DNA from: Nitrosopumilus sp.
GTDB lineage: Archaea > Thermoproteota > Nitrososphaeria > Nitrososphaerales > Nitrosopumilaceae
DNA length: 64,000 nt
NCBI GenBank assembly: GCA_965249555.1
Contig: OZ252243.1
Location: 352,001-416,000, forward strand
Direction of reading: 5' to 3'
Shown here: positions 19,926 to 29,210 of the stretch, piece by piece
Layout of the letters: each line of letters starts with the position of its first letter
Numbering within the stretch: the stretch's first letter is position 1
The notes under the pieces: generated by a model
The model's database searches: none
What the model was told of the DNA's origin: nothing
Seen by the model: the letters and a program-made list of their open reading frames with translations, nothing else
Made by a program: the position numbers and the translations under genes

Positions 19926-21293
19926 GAGACTTGGGCATAATGATTTACAAAAAAACCAAGACTTTTCTCTAACAACAAAGCATTCTTTTCACAATCCTTG
20001 GATTCCCACTTCCAATTACACAATTATAATACACTGCCAACTGATACACCAGCACGCAAATCAGCACGAATGATTGTACGTTCTCAAATCCTTTCACCGG
20101 AACTGTTCTAATGTTAAACGTATCCTTGATTATCTCAAAGAGTGGTTCAATTGATATTTTTCTCTGAGAATATAATTTCCGACCAACTGCTGAATTGTAA
20201 AACCCTATCAACTTTATTCTGGCTGGCGGCGTAGACGGGTATTTTTTGACCGGACAGATTAATCTCATGGCATTATTCTTAGTTGACTCGTATAGTTTGG
20301 AATCATCATATGCCGGATCACACAGTATGTTATTCATCAATCCAGAAAGTGACCCAATCAATTTCTCATATGGCTTGCTATCATGGACATTTGCAGTAGT
20401 TACACATGCAGATAATGGAACAACCAGTCTTCCCGTACTGCAACTCATGTGTAGTTTGTATCCATACACCCAACCCTTTGATTTGGAGAATCCCCACTTG
20501 GCATTTGTGTCAATTCCTGCAATTGGTAGGTGATTCTTTTTGATGTCTGATTTGTGCCATACTGGACCTGAAGCTTTTAGCATTGAACTATCAACTGATG
20601 CTGATTCACTATTCACCAATCCTTCTGAGACAAACAAATTTCCTACAGTGCTAATAATTTCATTGATTGGCAAGCATTGAAATCTTCTGTCAATTGTCCT
20701 TCTGTCAGGGATTTGGTTTAATCTGCAAACCTTGAGTAATTTGTCATTGGCACATTTGATTGAGAGAAAATAATGCAGTGTGTTGTTACTTGGAATTCTC
20801 ATCCATGACTTTACGATGAATAACTGAACCATCAGAACAGTTGAATAGACATATGGCCGTCCTCGTCTCACTGCATTCTCATACAGATATAGTGTTCCAA
20901 CCAGATACAAAATACTAATAAGAAATGACTCACATAGAATCTTGTCAGGGATTTTTATTTGTTTTGTAATCATTCCAATGAACAAAACATAATGAGATCC
21001 TTGGCTTTTTCTATTTGAATAATTTGAGAAATCGGTTAAAAATTAGAATGGATTATGCTCATCTATGTGGTATTTTGTTTTCCGCTTACTTTGAGTTAGT
21101 CTGTTAAACGCCCTTGTACATGGCAGTATCCATTCAACTCTCAGGCCCAACAGTAGGTATACATCACAAGATATGAAAAAGATTTCGTATAACGTCTGTG
21201 TAATTAAAAGTGAAAATCCAAGGACTGCGAAAAGAATGCTTTGCTGTTAGAGAAAAGTCTTGGTTTTTTTGTAAATCATTATGCCCAAGCCTC
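19926..21293 (-). mobile_element. 1368-bp DDE insertion sequence with 97-bp imperfect terminal inverted repeats and 8-bp TSD AGTTACAT
   Basis: TIRs at 19926-20022 and 21197-21293 (89/97 identical). TSD at 19918-19925 and 21294-21301. Confidence 0.92.
19969..20985 (-). CDS. DDE_Tnp_1-type transposase (IS4/IS5/IS982-like)
   Basis: VDSS, AKWG...YGYKLH, TANVHD, CDPAYD, Y.QRKISIEPLFEIIK. Intact 338-aa frame. Confidence 0.9.
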   Translation of the reverse strand: MFIGMITKQIKIPDKILCESFLISILYLVGTLYLYENAVRRGRPYVYSTVLMVQLFIVKSWMRIPSNNTLHYFLSIKCANDKLLKVCRLNQIPDRRTIDRRFQCLPINEIISTVGNLFVSEGLVNSESASVDSSMLKASGPVWHKSDIKKNHLPIAGIDTNAKWGFSKSKGWVYGYKLHMSCSTGRLVVPLSACVTTANVHDSKPYEKLIGSLSGLMNNILCDPAYDDSKLYESTKNNAMRLICPVKKYPSTPPARIKLIGFYNSAVGRKLYSQRKISIEPLFEIIKDTFNIRTVPVKGFENVQSFVLICVLVYQLAVYYNCVIGSGNPRIVKRMLCC

Positions 21294-22003
21294 AGTTACA
21301 TCATCGCCAGAAGTAATGTCAAACAGTTGTATTAACGGCCAAACGTCTTCATCAATGCCTATCTGTCCGGTGGAATTTGATTGTGTATTAAGTGCAGGTG
21401 CTTCTCGTACAACGTTGTTGATTAATTGATCAGAGGATGAGACTTCTCCCGTACACGTAACAAATGCTTCTTGACCATTAGAGCTAGAAGAGATATCTCT
21501 TGGGATTGCAAATCCAGAAGTTTCCAATAAACTCAATCCAGTTATAGAAGAATCATTACTACACATTTCACCAAAATCTAGACCATATCCTGGAAGCCCT
21601 ACCAATGAATCAGCCTTTTGCACTTGAGTTTTATCTGCAAAATAGCCATACCATTTTCCGTCATCAGATTGAACCATGGCCAGTCTTTGGTCTCCAACTG
21701 TCACATCCGGTTCTTGTCGAGAACTAGTTAAATCTGAAATGTCAGAATCATCAACTATCACTTCAATGACCATAGGACCTGCAAAATAATTTTCAAATAA
21801 TGTATTTTCTGCTGAAACATAAAGATTGGGATTTGACTGTGCATAAGATACAGATGCAAAAGAAACAAGAGAAAGTAGGAACGTCATAAATAAAGTAAAT
21901 AAAACATAATTTTTCACAATACTATACAAAATAGGATCTTCATAAGTCATTCAATCCTTAGGAATTTGAACTGAGTTAAATAATTGACAAAGAAACAAAA
22001 TCT

Positions 22004-23140
22004 GTGAACTTTGATGCTGTAATTGCTGGTGGAAGTGTTGCAGGACTATTATGTGCAAGAGAAATTGCATCAAATGGATTTTCAGTACTTGTGATTGAAG
22101 AAGATCATGAGATTGGGACTCCTGAACATTGTAGCGGATTAGTCAGTATTGCAGGCTTGGAGGAACTAGGAGTAATCCCATTTAGAAAAACTTTTGATCA
22201 TATGATAGAATCAGCTAAAATCACAGCACCAAACGGGAATAGTTTCACAATTAATTCAAAGAAACAAAAAGTAGTTGAAATTAGTCGAAGAGAATTAGAT
22301 AAGCAGATAGCTTTTCAAGCTCAGAAAAATGGGGCAATAATCAAAGTTAGAACAAGTTTCCAAGAAGTTACAGATGCAGGAGTTAGAACGAATGAAGAGA
22401 CAATTGATTGTAAGATTTTTGTTGATGCAAGAGGAGTTTCATCACTAGTACACAAAGATAGAACCGGGATTTTACTATCAGCGCAATACGAAATCTATGC
22501 AAACTGGATAAAGAAAGGAAAAGTAGAAGTAATTTTTGATCAAGAGAAATATCCAGGATTCTTTGCATGGGTAATTCCATCAGGTGAAGGTAAAGGCAAA
22601 GTAGGAGTTGCAGGAAGAGGAATTAACATCTCTGAAACATTAGAGAAAATTCTTGAAGAGAAAGGAAACTATTCAACAATTAGGAAAATTTTTGCTCCAA
22701 TTTGGATAAAAGGTCCCATTGCAAAGTTTGTTGAAGGAAAAACAGTAATTGTTGGAGATGCTGCAGGACAAGCAAAACCAACAACTGCAGGGGGAATATT
22801 TACCAGTGGAATAGGAGGAGTCTATGCAGGACAAGCAATATCCAAGTTTTTGAAAACAGATAACAGATCAGATCTCGAAGAATATCAAAAAAAATGGATG
22901 AATCAATTTGGTAAAGAATTTGAAAAACAGATATTTGCAAGAAAAATTTTAGAGAGAATAGACAACAATACAATCAATAAATTATTTGAATCAATCACAC
23001 CAGAAATTATAAAAGAGATTTCAGAAAAAGATGATTTTGATTTTCATACTGGCTCAATTATAAAATTATTAGGATTGAAAGGTTCGATAAAAACTGCACA
23101 AACCCTAATTGGTGGAGAGCTAAAAAAATTACTTAGCTAA
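22004..23140 (+). CDS. Geranylgeranyl reductase-family FAD oxidoreductase
   Basis: AGGSVAG, PEHCSG, YPGFFAWVIP, VGDAAGQAKPTTAGGI. Confidence 0.85.
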   Translation: MNFDAVIAGGSVAGLLCAREIASNGFSVLVIEEDHEIGTPEHCSGLVSIAGLEELGVIPFRKTFDHMIESAKITAPNGNSFTINSKKQKVVEISRRELDKQIAFQAQKNGAIIKVRTSFQEVTDAGVRTNEETIDCKIFVDARGVSSLVHKDRTGILLSAQYEIYANWIKKGKVEVIFDQEKYPGFFAWVIPSGEGKGKVGVAGRGINISETLEKILEEKGNYSTIRKIFAPIWIKGPIAKFVEGKTVIVGDAAGQAKPTTAGGIFTSGIGGVYAGQAISKFLKTDNRSDLEEYQKKWMNQFGKEFEKQIFARKILERIDNNTINKLFESITPEIIKEISEKDDFDFHTGSIIKLLGLKGSIKTAQTLIGGELKKLLS

Positions 23141-23193
23141 AATATGCTCAAATTCTAAGGAAGGTATAAATGATGTTTGCAGAAAATCGGGAT

Positions 23194-23373
23194 ATGTCAT
23201 CTACTATTTCATTACCAACATGTAGTTGCTGTCGCAGACACATTATGCCTAATGATAAATGTGTAAAATTCAATTGCCCTGATTGTGGTGTTGATTTAAT
23301 TTGGAGATGTCAAAGTTGCAGAGAAGCAGCAAGAAACTATACTTGTTCTTCATGTAATTTTCAGGGACCTTAA
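23194..23373 (+). CDS. DUF1610/HVO_2753-type Zn-ribbon protein
   Basis: Four CxxC motifs ending in FQGP, directly upstream of aEF-1beta as in other archaea. Confidence 0.9.
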   Translation: MSSTISLPTCSCCRRHIMPNDKCVKFNCPDCGVDLIWRCQSCREAARNYTCSSCNFQGP

Positions 23374-23377
23374 GAAA

Positions 23378-23659
23378 ATGGCTCAACTGTTGCTAATTAC
23401 AAAAATTCTTCCTAAAGACATGGATGTAGACCTAGACAAATTAGCAGAATCCATCAAGGCCTCACTAAAAGAAGGAATCGCAATGAAGAGACATCTCAAA
23501 GAGCCATTGGCTTTTGGATTAGAATTTCTAAAGGCAGAATTTGTTTTAGAGGATAAAGAAGGACAAATGGATTCATTAGAAAATTCTGTTAAATCAACTG
23601 AGGGCGTCAGTGAATTTGAGGTTCTCAATATGAGTAGAATGTCAGTTGACATGAAATAA
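23378..23659 (+). CDS. ef1b: Translation elongation factor aEF-1beta
   Basis: KILP...VDLD...EPLAFGL...EGVSEFEV and conserved synteny. Confidence 0.9.
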   Translation: MAQLLLITKILPKDMDVDLDKLAESIKASLKEGIAMKRHLKEPLAFGLEFLKAEFVLEDKEGQMDSLENSVKSTEGVSEFEVLNMSRMSVDMK

Positions 23660-23667
23660 GTGGTTTT

Positions 23668-25836
23668 TTGGTACGCAAAGAAGAGCCTTTCCAAATGCGA
23701 ATTGGAGAAGCAAAGCAAAGAGATGTAGGTAAAAAACGCGCAAGAATTGGGCCTGAAGCCATGGATTTTCTCAAAGTTACACCAGGTGATGTTATTGAAG
23801 TGATGGGTTCAAGATCTAGTTGTGCAGTTGTTTGGCCAGTTGATGAAGATGAAAAGTTTCCAGACATCATAAGAGTTGATGGACAAACAAGAAAAAATGT
23901 TGGTGGATCACTAAATGATATTGTAAAAATTAGAAAAGTGTTAACAAAGTTTGCAAAAACAGTTTCCCTAATACCCGTAAATGATTCAGTTACAGTTGAC
24001 AAAGAGTTTACGGATTTTGTTAAAAACAGATTGAAAGGACTGCCGATTACTCATGGTGATGAAATTTCTGTAATGATTTTGGGAAATTCAATGGATTTCA
24101 AAATTACAAAGACCACTCCAAAAGGAGTAGTCAAAATTGATCGTTCCACAACTCTTGTCATTTCAACAGGGACTGCAGTTGATAGAAAAGTTCGAGTGAC
24201 ATATGAAGAAGTTGGCGGACTAAGACAAGAAGTTAAGGCAATGAGAGAGATTGTAGAGCTTCCACTAAAACATCCTGAATTGTTTGCAAGATTAGGAATA
24301 GAGCCTCATAGTGGAATTTTACTTTATGGTCCTCCAGGATGTGGGAAAACATTACTTGCAAAAGTTATTGCTAGTGAATCAGAAGCTAACATGTTTCCAA
24401 TTAATGGTCCAGAGATTATGAACAAATATTATGGTGAAACAGAAGCAAAACTAAGAGATATTTTCAAAGAAGCTAAAGACAACTCTCCAAGTATAATTTT
24501 CATTGATGAGATTGATGCAATTGCACCAAAAAGAGAGGAAGCTTATGGTGATGTTGAAAAAAGAGTTGTTGCTCAATTGCTAGCGTTAATGGATGGTCTT
24601 GATGACAGAGGAAATGTCATTGTACTTGGGGCTACAAACAGACCAGACAGTGTTGATCCAGCACTTAGAAGACCAGGTAGATTTGATAGAGAATTTGAGA
24701 TATCAGTACCTAATGACGATGGAAGACTTGAGATTCTTTTAATTCACACTAGAGGAATGCCGTTAAGTGATGATATAGAACTAAAGGACTTGTCAGCAGA
24801 ACTGCACGGATATACAGGTGCAGACATCAAATCACTCTGCAGGGAAGCTGCAATGAAGTCCATCAGAAGATACCTACCAGAAATAGATCTTGAAACAGAG
24901 AAAATTCCTTCTGCAGTATTACAATCAATGCAGATCAAGTTAATTGATTTTTACGATGCAATGCACGAGGTGGTTCCCACAGCAATGAGGGAATTTTATG
25001 TTGAAAGACCAAAAGTATGGTGGAAAGATGTTGGAGGATTAGATGAGATCAAAAAAGCACTAACAGACAATCTCATTGTAGCAATGAAAGAGCCAAAGAA
25101 ATTCACAAAGATGGGCATCAGACCGCCAAGAGGAGCATTGATTTACGGACCTCCAGGATGTGGAAAAACACTTCTTGGACGGGCACTTGCTACTGAAACT
25201 GGGGCAAATATGATTTTAGTTAGAGGTCCTGAAATTCTTTCAAAATGGATCGGAGAGTCTGAAAAAGCTGTTAGAGAGATATTTAGAAAAGCAAAAGCAG
25301 CAGCACCATGTGTAGTAATTTTTGATGAACTAGACTCACTAGCACGGAACAAAACAGGAGACAGTGGAGCAAGTGAAAATGTTCTAAGTCAATTGCTAAC
25401 AGAAATAGAAGAAGGTATTTCTGCACGAGTAGTAGTAATTGGGATTACAAACAGACCAGATATTTTAGATAATTCCTTGCTAAGAACAGGAAGACTAGAT
25501 TTGGTTCTATATGTAGAACCGCCAGATGAGAAAGGACGATTAGAAATTATCAAAATTTTAACAAAGAAGATGCCATTGGTAAATGATGTTAAATTACAAG
25601 AGATTGCAATAGCTACACAAAACTATACTGGCGCTGATTTAGCAGCACTTTGTAGGGAAGCAGCAGTTCTAGCAATGAGAAATAATTCACCAAAAATTTC
25701 AAGTCAAGACTTTGCAAATAGCTTGAAGCAAGTTAGGCCATCCATTACTAAGGAAGTTGATCAATGGTACAACACAGTAAGAGAAAGTATATCTAACGTG
25801 GTACCCAAGTCAGGAGATAAAACATTCTACGGATAA
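23668..25836 (+). CDS. cdc48: CDC48/VCP family AAA+ ATPase
   Basis: N-domain, two GPPGCGKT Walker A motifs, FIDEID/FDELD, RRPGRFD. Confidence 0.97.
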   Translation: MVRKEEPFQMRIGEAKQRDVGKKRARIGPEAMDFLKVTPGDVIEVMGSRSSCAVVWPVDEDEKFPDIIRVDGQTRKNVGGSLNDIVKIRKVLTKFAKTVSLIPVNDSVTVDKEFTDFVKNRLKGLPITHGDEISVMILGNSMDFKITKTTPKGVVKIDRSTTLVISTGTAVDRKVRVTYEEVGGLRQEVKAMREIVELPLKHPELFARLGIEPHSGILLYGPPGCGKTLLAKVIASESEANMFPINGPEIMNKYYGETEAKLRDIFKEAKDNSPSIIFIDEIDAIAPKREEAYGDVEKRVVAQLLALMDGLDDRGNVIVLGATNRPDSVDPALRRPGRFDREFEISVPNDDGRLEILLIHTRGMPLSDDIELKDLSAELHGYTGADIKSLCREAAMKSIRRYLPEIDLETEKIPSAVLQSMQIKLIDFYDAMHEVVPTAMREFYVERPKVWWKDVGGLDEIKKALTDNLIVAMKEPKKFTKMGIRPPRGALIYGPPGCGKTLLGRALATETGANMILVRGPEILSKWIGESEKAVREIFRKAKAAAPCVVIFDELDSLARNKTGDSGASENVLSQLLTEIEEGISARVVVIGITNRPDILDNSLLRTGRLDLVLYVEPPDEKGRLEIIKILTKKMPLVNDVKLQEIAIATQNYTGADLAALCREAAVLAMRNNSPKISSQDFANSLKQVRPSITKEVDQWYNTVRESISNVVPKSGDKTFYG

Positions 25837-25838
25837 AA

Positions 25839-26135
25839 ATGGCAATTCCACCACGAAATACAGTATATGACAAGATTAAGGAAGCAAATTCGCTAACGGA
25901 TGTTGAGCTTTTTAAAATCTTAATAAAAGAAGGACATGCACTTCCTGAAGACAAATTCAACAAGATACTTTTAGATTTAGAGATTCTGGGCCTCATCACT
26001 GTAGTATGGATTACAAAAGAGGAACGGAGAATAGAAGTGGTCGTTGTTGAAAAAGAAGTAGACAAAGTTGAAGAACAAAACAAGGAAATGATGGAAAAAG
26101 ATTACGAAGCAAGTTTCCCAGGTTTTGAAAAATAA
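25839..26135 (+). CDS. Small wHTH-like protein downstream of cdc48
   Basis: FNKILLDLEILGLITV pattern; starts 2 bp after cdc48. Confidence 0.75.
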   Translation: MAIPPRNTVYDKIKEANSLTDVELFKILIKEGHALPEDKFNKILLDLEILGLITVVWITKEERRIEVVVVEKEVDKVEEQNKEMMEKDYEASFPGFEK

Positions 26136-26139
26136 TTAT

Positions 26140-27027
26140 TTAGAATAAAGGGATGTGAAATGCTGCATCTAATGCAACTGCTACAAAAATTATTGTAAGA
26201 TAGGGTGCAGTAACTTTGTATGCTTTCCAAGCAAATTCAGATGTAGGATTCTTTGTTAGATTATAGTGGTATACAAGCATCAATCCACCAGAGACTAGGG
26301 CAATTATGGTATAAACAACTCCCATGCCATCTGGAATAAATGATAGTATCAAAGAATATGGAACTAAAATTATCGTGTTTCCTAAAATGAACTTTGATGT
26401 TTTTTGCATACCAATTACAACAGGTAACATTGGAACTCCTGCTTGTTCATATTCATCTTTAATCTTCATTGCAAGACACCAAAAGTGAGAAGGAGTCCAA
26501 ACAAATACCAAGAATCCAACTAAGAATCCTAACAAATCCATACTGCCAGTAGCTGCTGCCCATCCGGCCCATGCAGCTGCACTACCAGCGATTCCTCCAA
26601 TTACAATGTTTGAAGAGTTTAGACGTTTCAGCCAGACTGTGTAAATTATAACATAAGAAAAGATTCCAACGGCAATAAAGAAAGCAGTTACTGCATTTAA
26701 TGCAAAAAATCCATAAATTACAGATATGCAGCTTACAATAACCCCATAAATCAGAACATGAGATGCTGCCATTCGTCCAGAGGGGATAGGTCTGGTACTG
26801 GTTCTCTTCATTTTTGGATCAATGTCTTTGTCATAATAGTGATTTAGTGCACTAGATCCTGCAGATGCTAATGTTCCTGCAATAATTATGTGCAAATACG
26901 ACCAATAATCAAGCTCAGGTACACCATCAACTAGCTTACTTGCGGCATACATGGAAGTTACTGCAGTAATAACCAGAAGAACGACTATCCGGGGTTTGGA
27001 TATCTCCACTATTTCTTTAAATCCCAA
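26140..27027 (-). CDS. cyoE: Protoheme IX farnesyltransferase (heme o synthase)
   Basis: KPRIV, NHYYDKDIDPKMKRTSTRPIPSG, WTPSHFW. Confidence 0.95.
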   Translation of the reverse strand: MGFKEIVEISKPRIVVLLVITAVTSMYAASKLVDGVPELDYWSYLHIIIAGTLASAGSSALNHYYDKDIDPKMKRTSTRPIPSGRMAASHVLIYGVIVSCISVIYGFFALNAVTAFFIAVGIFSYVIIYTVWLKRLNSSNIVIGGIAGSAAAWAGWAAATGSMDLLGFLVGFLVFVWTPSHFWCLAMKIKDEYEQAGVPMLPVVIGMQKTSKFILGNTIILVPYSLILSFIPDGMGVVYTIIALVSGGLMLVYHYNLTKNPTSEFAWKAYKVTAPYLTIIFVAVALDAAFHIPLF

Positions 27028-27125
27028 TTCATTCTATCCTAGTCCAAAGCCATTTAATTTCTTTGTCTAGACGATCTATAATGTTTCAAAAGGAATAAGT
27101 ATCTCAGCCCTACCAGCTATTTTGA

Positions 27126-28217
27126 ATGAGTAATTGGGACCTCATGATGCCAGGAATGGGATTAACAGCCGTAGGCTTGGCTGGCGTTGTGCTATCTTAT
27201 GCAGGTATTGCACATACATTCATTGATGGTTTGCATGCCCTAAGCGGACTTGTCATGTTTGTAGGAATGATTTTCTTAGCAACAGGTATCTTAGATGGAG
27301 GTATTTCAACTAGTAATAGAGCCAAGGCAACAACTTTGGTAGTTTTAGGAATTTCATTATCATTTGGAATGTATGCTTTAGCAATTAACAATACATCGGC
27401 ATTTACAGTTACACTAGCAGGACTTTTAATGGCAATTGCATTCCCAGCAATTATCATAGCATATCTTGCAATGAAGCATCCAGCTATAGTAAAACCAGTT
27501 GGTTCCATTGTTGCAATGGCAGTAGCAACAGGAATTATCATGTGGTTTTCATTTGGATTTGTAAGTCCGGACACATACATGGTTCCACAACAAGTTGAAG
27601 TTGAAGAACATGTTGAAGTTGCATCAACAGGACCAATCTTTGCAATTCAAATTTTAAAAGATTCATTTGAAGAAGGAAATCCAGATTACACGCCAGATGT
27701 GGCAGTTGTTACGCAAGGATATACAGTTGAATGGACAAATGAAGATACAGTAACACACACAGTAACTAGTGCAGTAGACTTTGGAGAAACATTTGATTCG
27801 GGTTTAATGAGTGCAGGTGATGTCTTTAGTTTGGATACAACTAATTTAGCAGCAGGAGAATATGAATATTTGTGTATTGTACATCCTTGGATGGTTGCAA
27901 CATTAGTTATTGAAGAACCAAAAGAACCAGTCAAGGTAGGAATTCCAGAAGGAGCGGGAATTCCAGAAGATGGACAAATCTATTTTGATCCTCAAGTAAT
28001 TGATGTTACAGTTGGAACAACAGTAGTATGGGAAAATCTAGATAGCACAGTACATACTGCAACTTCAGGTGATCCGGCAGGAGGAGTAAATGGATTATTT
28101 GATTCAGAAATGATGGCAGCAGGTGACAAGTATGAATTTACATTTACTAAAGTAGGGAATCAGGATTATTATTGTACATTTCATCCATGGATGCTTGGAA
28201 CTGTTAACGTAGAATAG
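27126..28217 (+). CDS. Membrane protein with two cupredoxin (type-1 Cu) domains
   Basis: About five N-terminal TM helices; HTVTS...CIVHPWM and HTATS...CTFHPWM. Confidence 0.9.
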   Translation: MSNWDLMMPGMGLTAVGLAGVVLSYAGIAHTFIDGLHALSGLVMFVGMIFLATGILDGGISTSNRAKATTLVVLGISLSFGMYALAINNTSAFTVTLAGLLMAIAFPAIIIAYLAMKHPAIVKPVGSIVAMAVATGIIMWFSFGFVSPDTYMVPQQVEVEEHVEVASTGPIFAIQILKDSFEEGNPDYTPDVAVVTQGYTVEWTNEDTVTHTVTSAVDFGETFDSGLMSAGDVFSLDTTNLAAGEYEYLCIVHPWMVATLVIEEPKEPVKVGIPEGAGIPEDGQIYFDPQVIDVTVGTTVVWENLDSTVHTATSGDPAGGVNGLFDSEMMAAGDKYEFTFTKVGNQDYYCTFHPWMLGTVNVE

Positions 28218-28219
28218 AG

Positions 28220-28612
28220 TTGCAGAAAATCATTTTATCAGAATCAGATAAAAAAATTCTAACTAAACACGCAGAAAATGAAAAACCCAATGAATCATGT
28301 GCCATACTATTTGGAAAAGGTAATCTTGTTTCTGAAGTATTTTTAACTAAAAACATTGACGAGTCATCAGTAAATTTTACAATCTCAAATGAACAACTAA
28401 TTGAAGGATACAAGATTGCAGAAGAGAAAAAGACAGAAGTGATCGGTATATTTCATTCTCATCCTAATTCAGAGGCGTACCCATCAAATACAGACAAAAA
28501 ATTCATGCATAGTAATCCTGTGGTATGGGTAATTTACTCTGGCATCAACAAGGATTTCAAAGCATACTTGCTTGAATCAGATATCATAGAAATTTCAATT
28601 GAAGAAAGGTAA
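28220..28612 (+). CDS. JAMM/MPN+ (M67) metallopeptidase
   Basis: PNESCA...FHSHP...PSNTD. Confidence 0.92.
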   Translation: MQKIILSESDKKILTKHAENEKPNESCAILFGKGNLVSEVFLTKNIDESSVNFTISNEQLIEGYKIAEEKKTEVIGIFHSHPNSEAYPSNTDKKFMHSNPVVWVIYSGINKDFKAYLLESDIIEISIEER

Positions 28613-28695
28613 TTCAAGGTTTTGATCTGTAGTTTATTTTCGAGAGTTTAAAAAAAGATGCCTGAAAAAGTGTTTTGAATTAAATATCCCTTTTT

Positions 28696-28965
28696 TTGAC
28701 CATAATTATGGAAATTCACGTATATGATACCTATGTCAAAGCAGCAGATGGCCATACCATGCACTTTGATGTTATCACTGGTGAAAAAGATCACGATAAA
28801 GCCATCACATATGGCAAAGAGTGGTTAAAGTCAGTTAATGAGGAAAATGCAGAGATGACAACAAACGAGTGTCAATTCTGCCACTCACAAAACGCACCAG
28901 AGCCTGTAGAGCAGGCAATTAAGGAAAAAGGCTACTTTATCCAAAAAATGGAAGGCTGTCCTTAA
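28696..28965 (+). CDS. DUF2024 family protein
   Basis: HVYDTYV...MHFDV...CQFCHSQ. Confidence 0.85.
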   Translation: MTIIMEIHVYDTYVKAADGHTMHFDVITGEKDHDKAITYGKEWLKSVNEENAEMTTNECQFCHSQNAPEPVEQAIKEKGYFIQKMEGCP

Positions 28966-29021
28966 ACACTTTTTTTTCTTTTTCCAAAAGCTATATTTTT
29001 TAGATTAATAATAAAAACAAC

Positions 29022-29210
29022 ATGTCAGATCACAAGTACTCAAAATGGACTATAGAAGGTGACAAAAAAACAAAATGGATTTGCGGTTGTTTTCTAACAG
29101 TAGATGACTATTTCAAATTCTGCGATGCTCATAATGAAACTTTGAAGAAAGCAATTCAAGCTCAGGTTGATGAATTAGATATGACTCTGCTTGTTGAAGA
29201 TAAAGATTAG
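29022..29210 (+). CDS. Small hypothetical protein (CGC...C..H)
   Basis: 62-aa ORF. Confidence 0.6.
   Translation: MSDHKYSKWTIEGDKKTKWICGCFLTVDDYFKFCDAHNETLKKAIQAQVDELDMTLLVEDKD

Larger units (their letters stand above)
17908..21950 (-). pseudogene. S-layer-related surface protein (~888 aa if restored) interrupted by an IS
   Basis: N-part (LYVSAEN..GPMVIEV..EPDVTV..WYGYFAD) and C-part (LNIDPTDEDSWT) resemble the Nitrosopumilus S-layer protein. Removing the IS and one TSD gives in-frame TSGDDVT-VNYDRH. Confidence 0.85.

Noticed and set aside
19900-21320. Bulge-helix-bulge splice motif at the IS ends (IStron-like splicing)
   Set aside because: The end-to-end stem has no 3-nt bulges and the flanks pair for only one further base, so no canonical BHB can be drawn.
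21241-21429. 62-aa plus-strand ORF across the IS end (and 19888-20073)
   Set aside because: Chimeric frames spanning IS-host junctions, antisense to real genes.
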